Source: Myxococcota bacterium
GTDB taxonomy: Bacteria > Myxococcota_A > UBA796 > GCA-2862545
Direction: 5' to 3'
Assembly: GCA_039208735.1 (NCBI GenBank)
Contig: JBCCQY010000025.1
Coordinates: forward strand, 4,784 to 68,783
DNA length: 64,000 nucleotides
Under the pieces are notes generated by a model, which saw nothing but the letters and a program-made list of their open reading frames with translations, had not been told where the DNA came from and did not search any database. Both the position numbers and the translations under genes were made by a program. Below are positions 1 to 8,113 of this stretch, one piece after another; within the stretch, counting starts at the first letter, position 1, and each line of letters starts with the position of its first letter.

Positions 1-189
1 TTCGATGACGGCCTTCTCGACGCAACCGCCGCTCACCGACCCCAAAAACTGCTGGTCGTCTCGCACCACCAGGTGGGAGCCAGCCGGACGTGGCGAACTT
101 CCCCAGGTTTTCACGACGGTGGCCAGGGCCACTCGGTGACCGTCCTGCAGCCAACGGGCTGCCTGCGAAAGCACCTCTTCGTGTTCCAT
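1..189 (-). CDS. XdhC/CoxI-family molybdenum-cofactor insertion accessory protein, N-terminal 63 aa only (gene runs off the left edge)
   Basis: Own translation of the minus strand from ATG 189-187: MEHEEVLSQAARWLQDGHRVALATVVKTWGSSPRPAGSHLVVRDDQQFLGSVSGGCVEKAVIE. The ATVV..GS.PR..G...GS.SGGC.E pattern is the XdhC_CoxI N-domain and recurs in the two other XdhC paralogues here. Not in the supplied ORF track. Confidence 0.75.
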   Translation of the reverse strand, partial: MEHEEVLSQAARWLQDGHRVALATVVKTWGSSPRPAGSHLVVRDDQQFLGSVSGGCVEKAVIE

Positions 190-255
190 CTGTTGCTCCC
201 GTTCCGCTCGACCTCGAGTTGTATCTTCACGGCGACAGACCATACGGGCCCTTTC

Positions 256-1470
256 ATGGCACGGTTCGACGTCGATGCTCTGCGATCGGAGTTTCCGGGT
301 TTGCACCAACACGTGCACGGAAAGCCGCTCATCTATGCCGATAGCGCCGCTACCGCGCAAAAGCCAAAGGCGGTTCTCGCTGCCCTGTACGAGGCGAATG
401 CGCTGTTGGCGGCCAATGTGCACCGGGGGGTCCACGAGCTGTCTCGGCGTGCGACGGCCCAATATGAAGGAGCACGGGACATCATCGCGACGTTCCTCGG
501 CGGCGTACCCCGCGAGGAGGTGGTGTTCACCCGTGGGGCGACCGAGGCCTTGAACCTGCTCGCCTATGGCCTGCAAACCCGCCTGTCGGTCGGAGATGAG
601 GTGCTCGTCACCGGCATGGAACACCACGCCAACCTCGTTCCCTGGCAGCTTGCGTGCGCTCGAAGCGGAGCAACCTTGCGCCACATTCCCGTGACCGACG
701 AGGGGGCGCTCGACCTCGCGGCGGCCCCCTGGTCGCCGGCGACGAAGGTCGTGGGGGTCGTGCACGCGTCCAATACGCTGGGCACGATCAACCCGATTGC
801 CCAGATCGCGGCCAAGGCCCATGAACACGGTGCGATCGTGGTCGTCGACGGTGCCCAGTGGGTGCCTCATGGACCCACGGATCCCGTAGCGTTGGGGGCC
901 GACGCCTATGTGTTCTCGGGGCACAAGCTCTACGGTCCGACGGGCATCGGTGTGTTGTGGGCACGAACGTCGTTGCTCGAGTCGCTGCCCGTGTGGCAGG
1001 GCGGGGGCGACATGATCCGCTCGGTCACGCTGACCGAGAGCACCTTCGCCGACCTGCCACACCGGTTCGAGGCGGGCACGCCACCGATCGCCCAGGCCAT
1101 CGGGCTTGCCGCGGCGATCGAATGGGTGCAGGGCGTCGGTTGGGAGGAGTTGGGCGAGCACGAAGCCCAACTCACCGACGCACTCGACGCGATGCTTGCC
1201 GCGCTACCCCAAGTGCGGCGCATCGGGACGCACCGACCGCGCGTGTCCTTGGCTTCGTTCGTGTTCGATGGCATCCACGCCCATGACGTGGGCAGCATCG
1301 TCGACACCGAAGGGGTCGCGCTGCGGACGGGCCATCACTGCACCGAGCCCTTGATGGACCGCTTCGACGTCCCCGCCACGACACGCATCTCGCTCGCGGC
1401 CTACAACACCTTCGACGAGATCGAGCGGATCGGTCGAGCCCTCCGCACGGTCCTGGATGTGCTCGCATGA
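256..1470 (+). CDS. sufS: Cysteine desulfurase, SufS/CsdA group II (PLP-dependent aminotransferase class V)
   Basis: ORF 73..1470. The conserved part begins at ATG 256 (MARFDVDALRSEFPGL...). Has the SGHKLYGPTGIGVLW PLP-lysine region and the RTGHHCTEPLM active-site Cys loop typical of SufS. The upstream 61 codons of the track ORF overlap the divergent XdhC promoter region. Confidence 0.9.
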   Translation: MARFDVDALRSEFPGLHQHVHGKPLIYADSAATAQKPKAVLAALYEANALLAANVHRGVHELSRRATAQYEGARDIIATFLGGVPREEVVFTRGATEALNLLAYGLQTRLSVGDEVLVTGMEHHANLVPWQLACARSGATLRHIPVTDEGALDLAAAPWSPATKVVGVVHASNTLGTINPIAQIAAKAHEHGAIVVVDGAQWVPHGPTDPVALGADAYVFSGHKLYGPTGIGVLWARTSLLESLPVWQGGGDMIRSVTLTESTFADLPHRFEAGTPPIAQAIGLAAAIEWVQGVGWEELGEHEAQLTDALDAMLAALPQVRRIGTHRPRVSLASFVFDGIHAHDVGSIVDTEGVALRTGHHCTEPLMDRFDVPATTRISLAAYNTFDEIERIGRALRTVLDVLA

Positions 1471-1886
1471 CCGACCCGCGCAAGTTGTATCCAAAAGAGA
1501 TCCTTGAACACAGCAAGGATCCGCATCATCAGGGCAAACTTGCCGATGCCACCCACGCCCATCGATTGTCCAATCCACTGTGCGGGGACCGGGTCACGAT
1601 CGCCGTTCGGGTGGTTGACGATCAAATCGTCGAAGCGGCCTTCGAAGCGCGTGGTTGTGCCCTTTGTGTCGCATCGGCGTCCATGCTGACCGATTGGGTG
1701 AAAGGTCGAACTCCCTCCGAGGTCGAGCTGATCCAGGCGAGCGTGTGCCAGGCTGTGGATCCCGAAGGACCCGACGTGGAGGCTCCGGTGCAGGTCTGGA
1801 CCGCCCTTCGGGCCTTTCCGGCACGGAAGCGATGTGCAACCCTTCCTTGGGAAGCATTGGCCGCCGCGCTGGCGAATCAAGATTGA
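1467..1886 (+). CDS. sufU: SufU/IscU-like sulfur-transfer / Fe-S scaffold protein
   Basis: NPLCGD, GCALCVASAS and a third Cys (RKRCATLPWEAL) give the SufU-type three-Cys arrangement. ATGA overlap with the sufS stop indicates translational coupling. Confidence 0.85.
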   Translation: MTDPRKLYPKEILEHSKDPHHQGKLADATHAHRLSNPLCGDRVTIAVRVVDDQIVEAAFEARGCALCVASASMLTDWVKGRTPSEVELIQASVCQAVDPEGPDVEAPVQVWTALRAFPARKRCATLPWEALAAALANQD

Positions 1887-1902
1887 AAGCGGGGCTTCAA
1901 TG

Positions 1903-1924
1903 TGTGTGAAAACGATTTCACACA
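1903..1924. promoter_or_regulatory. Perfect 9-4-9 inverted repeat TGTGTGAAA-ACGA-TTTCACACA between sufU and coxM (candidate operator; contains TGTGA-N8-TCACA)
   Basis: Read directly: left arm 1903-1911, right arm 1916-1924, exact reverse complements. Locally AT-rich island in a GC-rich genome, 96 nt upstream of the coxM ATG. Confidence 0.55.
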
Positions 1925-2019
1925 TATTGGGTTCCCAACGCGAAGCCAGAATTCATACGCCCTCCGGGCTTGCACCTGCTCGATCGCGGGTGCTTGGCCA
2001 ACCCTGCCCGGAAGTGCCG

Positions 2020-2889
2020 ATGTACCCACCGAAATTCGACTATGTGAAGCCGTCGAACGTCGACGAAGTCCTCGACTTGCTTGCGAAGCACGAGTCTGAA
2101 GCCAAGATCGTGGCTGGCGGACAGTCGCTCATCCCGATGATGAAGCTACGCTTTGTGAATCCCGAGTTGTTGATCGACATCAACGGACTCACCGGTCTCG
2201 ACAGCATCACCGAGAATGGTGAACTGGTGATCGGCGCGATGTGTCGGCACCAGAGCCTCGCCGACCATGCGATGCTGAAGCAACGCTACCCGCTCATCAC
2301 GTCGACCGGTCGATTGGTGGCGGACCCGCTCATCCGGAATCTTGGAACGGTTGGCGGCTCCTTGGTTCACGCCGACCCTCGGGCCGACTGGCCGTCCGTC
2401 ATGCTCGCGATGAACGCGCGCCTTGTGGCGAAGTCGAAAGCTGGCGAACGCGAAATCCCGATTACGGACTTCATCGCAGGACCGCTCACCGTCAACCTCA
2501 AGCCGACCGAGATGATCACCGCCATCAAGATTGCGAAGCCTACGGGGCGCAGCGGCGGTCACTACGTCAAGCTCGAACGGAAGGTTGGCGATTACGCCAC
2601 GGCGGCGGCCGCAACCCACATGGTGCTCGATGATCAAGGGCGTATCAGCTACGCCGGCATCGGACTCACCGGTGTAGGGTCGACCAACATCAAGGCGACG
2701 GCAGCCGAGCAAGCGCTCATCGGACAGGCGCCGAGCGATGCGTTGTTCGAGCAGGCGGGGCAGCTCGCCGCCCAAGCCACCTCGCCCAAATCCGACGTTC
2801 GGGGCTCGGCCACGTACAAGCGTCACCTCACCGCAGTCTACGTTCGTCGGTCGCTTCAGCAGGCCGCCAAGATCGCCCAGTCGGCCTGA
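2020..2889 (+). CDS. coxM: Aerobic CO dehydrogenase medium (FAD-binding) subunit
   Basis: ORF 1834..2889. Homologous region starts at ATG 2020 (MYPPKFDYVKPSNVDEVLDLL...AGGQSLIPMMKLR), the FAD_binding_5/CO_deh_flav_C pattern. Sits first in an M-S-L gene order. Confidence 0.9.
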   Translation: MYPPKFDYVKPSNVDEVLDLLAKHESEAKIVAGGQSLIPMMKLRFVNPELLIDINGLTGLDSITENGELVIGAMCRHQSLADHAMLKQRYPLITSTGRLVADPLIRNLGTVGGSLVHADPRADWPSVMLAMNARLVAKSKAGEREIPITDFIAGPLTVNLKPTEMITAIKIAKPTGRSGGHYVKLERKVGDYATAAAATHMVLDDQGRISYAGIGLTGVGSTNIKATAAEQALIGQAPSDALFEQAGQLAAQATSPKSDVRGSATYKRHLTAVYVRRSLQQAAKIAQSA

Positions 2890-2900
2890 AGGAGGGAAAC

Positions 2901-3383
2901 ATGAATGTCACGATTACCTTAAATGGAAGCGAGTTCTCGGCGGATGTCGAGCCGCGCACCCTCCTCGTCCACTTCATTCGCGAGACCGCGAACCTCACGG
3001 GGACGCACATTGGGTGCGACAGCTCCAACTGTGGCGCATGCACGGTGCTGGTCGACGGAATTCCGATCAAGTCCTGCACCTACCTGGCCGCGATGGCCAA
3101 CGGCAAGGCCGTGACCACAGTGGAGGGGCTGAAGCAGGGCGGCAAGCTGCACCCCATCCAGGAACAGTTCCGCGAGCAGCACGCGCTTCAGTGCGGCTAC
3201 TGCACCCCCGGCATGATGCTTACCGGCAAGTCGATCATCGAACGTTACCCAAATCCGACCGAAGAGCAGATTCGGTGGGAGATTTCAGGTCAGCTGTGTC
3301 GGTGCACCGGGTACCAGAACATCGTCAAGGCCATCCAGGCGGCTGCCGCGCAATCGCGCGGTGAGTCCACCGAGTCCATCTGA
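2901..3383 (+). CDS. coxS: Aerobic CO dehydrogenase small ([2Fe-2S]x2) subunit
   Basis: GCDSSNCGACTV and CGYCTPG...CRCTGY cluster-binding motifs. Strong RBS GAAGGAGGG upstream. Confidence 0.95.
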   Translation: MNVTITLNGSEFSADVEPRTLLVHFIRETANLTGTHIGCDSSNCGACTVLVDGIPIKSCTYLAAMANGKAVTTVEGLKQGGKLHPIQEQFREQHALQCGYCTPGMMLTGKSIIERYPNPTEEQIRWEISGQLCRCTGYQNIVKAIQAAAAQSRGESTESI

Positions 3384-3403
3384 GCGGCGCAGGAGACCCA
3401 CCC

Positions 3404-5767
3404 ATGTCCGAAATCGACATCAATCAGGAAGTTCGGGGCCTCGGGCACTCTGTCAAGCGGACCGAGGACGGCCGGTTCATCGAGGGCCGAGGCAATTACC
3501 TCGACGACGTCAAGCTGCCGCGCATGCTCCACATGGCGATTGTCCGTTCGCAGCTGGCCCACGGCAAGATCGTGTCCATCGAGACGGAAGATGCCCTTGA
3601 GGTGCCTGGCGTGATCGCCGTGATCACGGGCAAGGACCTCGAAGCCCACAACCTCGCGTGGATGCCGACGCTGTCGGGCGACACCCAGGCGGTCATGGCC
3701 ACCGATACGATCCGGTTCCAGGGCCAGGAAGTCGCCGCGGTGATCGCGGAAGACCCTTACATCGCGGCGGATGCGGCGGAGATGGTTTACGTCGACGTCG
3801 AAGAGCTGCCCGTCCTCGTCGACCCTTTCAAGTCGCTCGAACCGGGTGCGCCGATCATCCGGACGGACAAGGAAGATCAAACCGATAACGTCGCGTATCG
3901 CTGGGAGTCTGGCGATGCGGCGGCCACGGATGCTGCGTTCCAGAACGCGGCCAAGGTGGTGTCGCTCAAGACGCACTACCCACGGTGTCACCCCGCTCCG
4001 CTCGAAACGTGTGGGTGTGTGGCGCATGTCAATGGTGCGTCGGGCAAGGCAAAGATCTGGCTGACGTCGCAGGCCCCTCACGCTCACCGCACCCTGTTCG
4101 CCATCGTGGCGGGACTGCCCGAGCAGAACATCCAGGTCATCAGTCCCGATGTGGGCGGTGGGTTCGGCAACAAGGTGCCGATCTACCCGGGCTACGTCAT
4201 CGCCACCGCGGCCTCCCTGCTCCTCGACCGCCCGGTCAAGTGGGTCGAATCGCGATCGGAAAACCTGATTTCGACTGGGTTTGCGCGTGACTACCACATG
4301 GATGGCCAGCTGGCGCTGGACGCCAACGGCAAGATTACCGGCCTGAAGGTCGATCTGACGTCGGACCACGGGGCCTGGTACGCCGATGCCCAGATGACGA
4401 AGACGCCCACGGGGCTCTTCCACATCGCGACGGGGTCCTATGACATTCCTGCTGCGCACCTGGTGGGCGTGGGCGCTTACACCAACAAGGCGGCAGGCGG
4501 CGTCGCCTATCGCTGCTCCTTCCGTATCACTGAGGCGAGCTTCATCATCGAGCGTCTCGCCGAGACCGCGGCCCACGAAATTGGGATGGATCCGGCAGAG
4601 TTCCGGCGTCTCAATTTCATCAGGCCCGACCAGTTCCCCTATCCGACCGCGACCGGTCTTGAGTACGACTCAGGCGATTATGAAAAGGCCCTCGACCTTT
4701 GCCTCGACAAGGTGAAGTACGCGGACCTCCGCAAGGAGCAGGCGGAGGCCCGGGCCCAGGGTCGTTTGGTGGGCATTGGTCTGGCGAGCTTCACCGAGGC
4801 GGTCGGAGCGGGTCCCGCGAAGGACTACGACATCGCCGGGCTCAAGATGATCGACTCGGCGGAACTGCGGGTGCACCCCACGGGCAAGGCCATTTTGAAG
4901 CTCGGTGTGCAAACCCAAGGTCAGGGTCACGAGACGACGTTTGCGCAGATCGTGGCGAATGAGCTTGGGATTCCGCCCGAAGACATTACCGTCATGCACG
5001 GCGATACCGACAACACCCCCTACGGATTGGGCACCTACGCGTCGCGGTCGACCCCAACGGGCGGGGCGGCCACGGCGATCGTGGCTCGGAAGCTACGTGA
5101 AAAGGCCAAGAAGATCGCGGCTCACCTGCTCGAAGCCGACGCGAACGACCTCGAGTGGACTGGCTCAACCTTCAAGGTCAAGGGCACCGATTCGTCCACG
5201 TCCATCCAGGACATCGCGTTTGCGGCCTACACGAACTTTCCCGAAGACATCGAAGCGGGCCTCGAAGGGGTGCACTACTACAACCCTCCCGCGCTGACGA
5301 ATCCGTTCGGCACCTATGCGGTCGTCGTCGAGGTCGACGCCGATACGGGCGAATGGAAGCCGCTGCGCGTGGTCGCGGTGGATGACTGCGGGATTCGCAT
5401 CAACCCGATGATCGTCGACGGCCAAATCCACGGCGGACTGACCGAGGGCTACGCCATCGCCGCGATGCAGCTCATCACGTTCGACGACGATGGAAACTGC
5501 ATCGGCTCGAACTTCATGGATTACCTGATCCCAACCGCGTGGGAAACCCCGAACTTCGAGACCTTCGAGACGGTGACGCCGTCGCCGCATCACCCCATCG
5601 GGGCGAAGGGCGTTGGAGAGTCGCCGACCGTCGGTTCGCCTGCTGCCTACGTCAACGCGGTCATCGATGCCGTTCGTCACCTCGGCGTGCGCAACATCGA
5701 AATGCCGATGACGTCGGCGCGGGTTTGGGAAGCGATTCAGGAGGCCCAAGGCCGTGTCATCGAGTGA
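3404..5767 (+). CDS. coxL: Aerobic CO dehydrogenase large (molybdopterin) subunit, form I
   Basis: 787 aa xanthine-oxidase-family Mo subunit. Contains GGVAYRCSFRITEA, i.e. the AYXCSFR active-site loop (Cu-binding Cys) diagnostic of form-I CoxL, as opposed to AYRGAGR of form II. Confidence 0.93.
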   Translation: MSEIDINQEVRGLGHSVKRTEDGRFIEGRGNYLDDVKLPRMLHMAIVRSQLAHGKIVSIETEDALEVPGVIAVITGKDLEAHNLAWMPTLSGDTQAVMATDTIRFQGQEVAAVIAEDPYIAADAAEMVYVDVEELPVLVDPFKSLEPGAPIIRTDKEDQTDNVAYRWESGDAAATDAAFQNAAKVVSLKTHYPRCHPAPLETCGCVAHVNGASGKAKIWLTSQAPHAHRTLFAIVAGLPEQNIQVISPDVGGGFGNKVPIYPGYVIATAASLLLDRPVKWVESRSENLISTGFARDYHMDGQLALDANGKITGLKVDLTSDHGAWYADAQMTKTPTGLFHIATGSYDIPAAHLVGVGAYTNKAAGGVAYRCSFRITEASFIIERLAETAAHEIGMDPAEFRRLNFIRPDQFPYPTATGLEYDSGDYEKALDLCLDKVKYADLRKEQAEARAQGRLVGIGLASFTEAVGAGPAKDYDIAGLKMIDSAELRVHPTGKAILKLGVQTQGQGHETTFAQIVANELGIPPEDITVMHGDTDNTPYGLGTYASRSTPTGGAATAIVARKLREKAKKIAAHLLEADANDLEWTGSTFKVKGTDSSTSIQDIAFAAYTNFPEDIEAGLEGVHYYNPPALTNPFGTYAVVVEVDADTGEWKPLRVVAVDDCGIRINPMIVDGQIHGGLTEGYAIAAMQLITFDDDGNCIGSNFMDYLIPTAWETPNFETFETVTPSPHHPIGAKGVGESPTVGSPAAYVNAVIDAVRHLGVRNIEMPMTSARVWEAIQEAQGRVIE

Positions 5768-6620
5768 TTCCGACCATCGCCGCTTCCTCGAGCCCCTCGA
5801 GGTGGAGGCGCTCGCCCACACCCTCGCCGAGCAAGGTGAGCCGCACGTGCTCGCCACGGTGGTGTGGGTTCGTCCGCCGTCTTCGGCCCGCACCGGTCAA
5901 AAGGCGGTGCTTGGACCCAACGGTTTTGTCGCCGGTTGGGTCGGAGGCAGCTGTGCCCAACCCATCGTGGTCCGTGAGGCGTTGAACGTGTTGCGGGACG
6001 GGGCGAGCCGGCTGGTGACGATCGGTCGGGATGGAGAGTTCGCAGACGTTGGCTACGGACACGTCGCGGACCGCATGACGTGTGGTTCTCAAGGTTCCAT
6101 GCAGGTGTTCTTGGAGGCTCGGATGCCCCGCACTCGACTTGTCGTGGTGGGCGATGCACCAGCGGCCGAGGCCCTGCTCACGATGGGGCGGTCGATTGGC
6201 TACGAGACCGTGTCGGTGCACCGAGACGGCGAAGGCTCCGCCAATGCGGACCATCGTACATCGAGCCTCGATCCCCTCGAATGGCCGGTCGATCGCCACA
6301 CGTACGTCGTGGTGGCCACCCGCAATCAGTACGATCGAGACGCGGTGAAGGCTGCGCTCGATGCGTCTGCTCCCTACGTGGCGGTCGTCTGCTCTCGCAA
6401 GCGCGCCGACGGGCTGCGTTCGCATTTGAAGAAGGCCGAGTACGGCCCTGAACAACTCGCGGCGCTTCATGCGCCGGCCGGCCTCGACTTTGGGTCGCTC
6501 GCCGAGCGCGAGATTGCCGTCGCGATCCTAGCCCAGATCGTCGAACTCAAGTCCCGGGCTTCTCGTCCCGAAGTCGCGATGGACGCGACCGAGGACTCCG
6601 TCACCGCCGACGCGGATTGA
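5754..6620 (+). CDS. XdhC/CoxI-family accessory protein (N-domain plus Rossmann-like C-domain)
   Basis: ATVVWVRPPSSARTGQKAVLGPNGFVAGWVGGSCAQP followed by RLVVVGDAPAAEAL. GTG start overlaps the coxL end by 14 nt. Confidence 0.85.
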   Translation: MSSSDSDHRRFLEPLEVEALAHTLAEQGEPHVLATVVWVRPPSSARTGQKAVLGPNGFVAGWVGGSCAQPIVVREALNVLRDGASRLVTIGRDGEFADVGYGHVADRMTCGSQGSMQVFLEARMPRTRLVVVGDAPAAEALLTMGRSIGYETVSVHRDGEGSANADHRTSSLDPLEWPVDRHTYVVVATRNQYDRDAVKAALDASAPYVAVVCSRKRADGLRSHLKKAEYGPEQLAALHAPAGLDFGSLAEREIAVAILAQIVELKSRASRPEVAMDATEDSVTADAD

Positions 6621-6641
6621 CCTCCATCAAGAGAGCAGATC

Positions 6642-7262
6642 ATGATCCTCAACAACGCGTTCGAAGTGTCGGCTCCTCCCGGGGCTGTCTTCGATTTCAT
6701 GATGGACCCCGAACGGGTCGTTCCCACCATCCCGGGTGCCACCTTCAAGGGAGCCCCGGACGAGGACCACTGGTCCGCCGAAGTGAAGGCGAACTTGGGT
6801 CCCATGTCGCTCAAATTCAAGGGTGATGTCGAGGTCGTGAAGCGCGACCGCGACAACTACGACATGGCGCTCAAGGGCAAGGGTCGTGAGGTCACGGGCA
6901 AAGGGAAGGCGTCGGCCGACATCAGCACCAAGCTCATCCCGCAGGATGGCGGGGGCACCCGCGTCGAGATCACGACGGACCTCTCGATTGTGGGCAAGGC
7001 TGCGCAGTTCGGAGGGCCGCTGATCGAAGACGTCGCGGCCAAGTTCACCGAGGACTTTGCCTCCAACATGGAGCGTGCGCTCGCCGCCGAGACCAAGGTG
7101 GCCGCGGCCGAGGCCGAGGGCGATGAAGCGGCGGCCGAAGCCGCCAAGGAAGAGCTAGCCGAGGTGCATGCTGAAGCCGCGAAGCCGGTCAGTGGCATTG
7201 CGCTCTTCTTCCAGTTGATCGCTCGCTTCTTCCGCAACCTGTTCGGCGGCCAGTCCGCTTAG
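6642..7262 (+). CDS. coxG: CoxG-like SRPBCC protein with Ala/Glu-rich linker and hydrophobic C-terminal tail
   Basis: N-terminal MILNNAFEVSAPPGAVFDFMMDPERVVPTIPGA is typical CoxG/SRPBCC. C-terminus is ...AAKPVSGIALFFQLIARFFRNLFGG. Confidence 0.8.
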   Translation: MILNNAFEVSAPPGAVFDFMMDPERVVPTIPGATFKGAPDEDHWSAEVKANLGPMSLKFKGDVEVVKRDRDNYDMALKGKGREVTGKGKASADISTKLIPQDGGGTRVEITTDLSIVGKAAQFGGPLIEDVAAKFTEDFASNMERALAAETKVAAAEAEGDEAAAEAAKEELAEVHAEAAKPVSGIALFFQLIARFFRNLFGGQSA

Positions 7263-7278
7263 GCGCTATGGCAGGCCC

Positions 7279-8112
7279 ATGACGCCCCATGACCTCGTCG
7301 CGGCTGCGCAGGGCCTGACTCAGACCTCGGACGGGCTCTGGACGAGTTCCTCCGAGGTTGACGTGTCGTACCCCGAAGGGGATCACGACCAGCTGGTGAA
7401 GGTCGAAGATCGCTCGTTTTGGTTCGACCATCGCAATCGCTGTCTTGCCGAGTGGGTGGCCCAACATCCGCCAGCGGGACCGGTGCTGGATGTGGGGGCG
7501 GGCAATGGTTTCGTGACCCGAGGGTTGGCGGCCGCGGGCATCGCGTCAGTGGCCCTCGAACCCTCCGAAGCCGGGGCCCGCAACGCACAAGCCCGAGGAC
7601 TCGACCCCGTCATTTGGGCCACCCTCGAAGACGCGCAGTTTCCCCCGCACAGCGTGCCTGCGGTGGGGCTATTCGACGTGCTCGAACACGTCGAGGACCG
7701 GCGGGCTTTATTGGCTCACCTGCATTCCCGCTTGCAACCGGACGGCCGGGTGTATCTCACGGTGCCCGCCCTTCGGTGGCTCTGGTCCAGCGAGGACGTG
7801 AGAGCGGGGCATTATCTACGGTATACGGGCCGAACCCTGCGGGCCGAACTCGTAGCGGGCGGCTTTCGGGTCGAAGCAATGCGCCGGTTCTTCAGCTTCC
7901 TCGTCCCACCGGTCTTGCTCGCCCGGGTCGTGGCGGAGCGACTCGGCTTGCGCCAAGACGGCCCTGAAGCGCTTGCCAACGACCTGGCGCCGCCCCACCC
8001 CTGGGTTCGGGCCGCGGTCGACCTCGTCGGGGCCGCCGAGCGCCGCATGTTGGGGCTTGGCCTTCCCCTGCCCTTGGGCACCAGCCTGTTTGCCGTGGCC
8101 ACGCCCCGCTGA
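7279..8112 (+). CDS. Class I SAM-dependent methyltransferase
   Basis: VLDVGAGNGFVTRGL (motif I), LFDVLEHVED, DGRVYLTVP. Lies 17 nt downstream of coxG on the same strand. Confidence 0.8.
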   Translation: MTPHDLVAAAQGLTQTSDGLWTSSSEVDVSYPEGDHDQLVKVEDRSFWFDHRNRCLAEWVAQHPPAGPVLDVGAGNGFVTRGLAAAGIASVALEPSEAGARNAQARGLDPVIWATLEDAQFPPHSVPAVGLFDVLEHVEDRRALLAHLHSRLQPDGRVYLTVPALRWLWSSEDVRAGHYLRYTGRTLRAELVAGGFRVEAMRRFFSFLVPPVLLARVVAERLGLRQDGPEALANDLAPPHPWVRAAVDLVGAAERRMLGLGLPLPLGTSLFAVATPR

Positions 8113-8113
8113 C

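Noticed and set aside
1903-1924. The 9-4-9 palindrome interpreted as the intrinsic terminator of sufU
   Set aside because: The stem is A/U-rich (3 G:C of 9 pairs) and is not followed by a U-tract (TATTGGGTT). An operator function is more plausible, so it is kept as a finding with this alternative stated.
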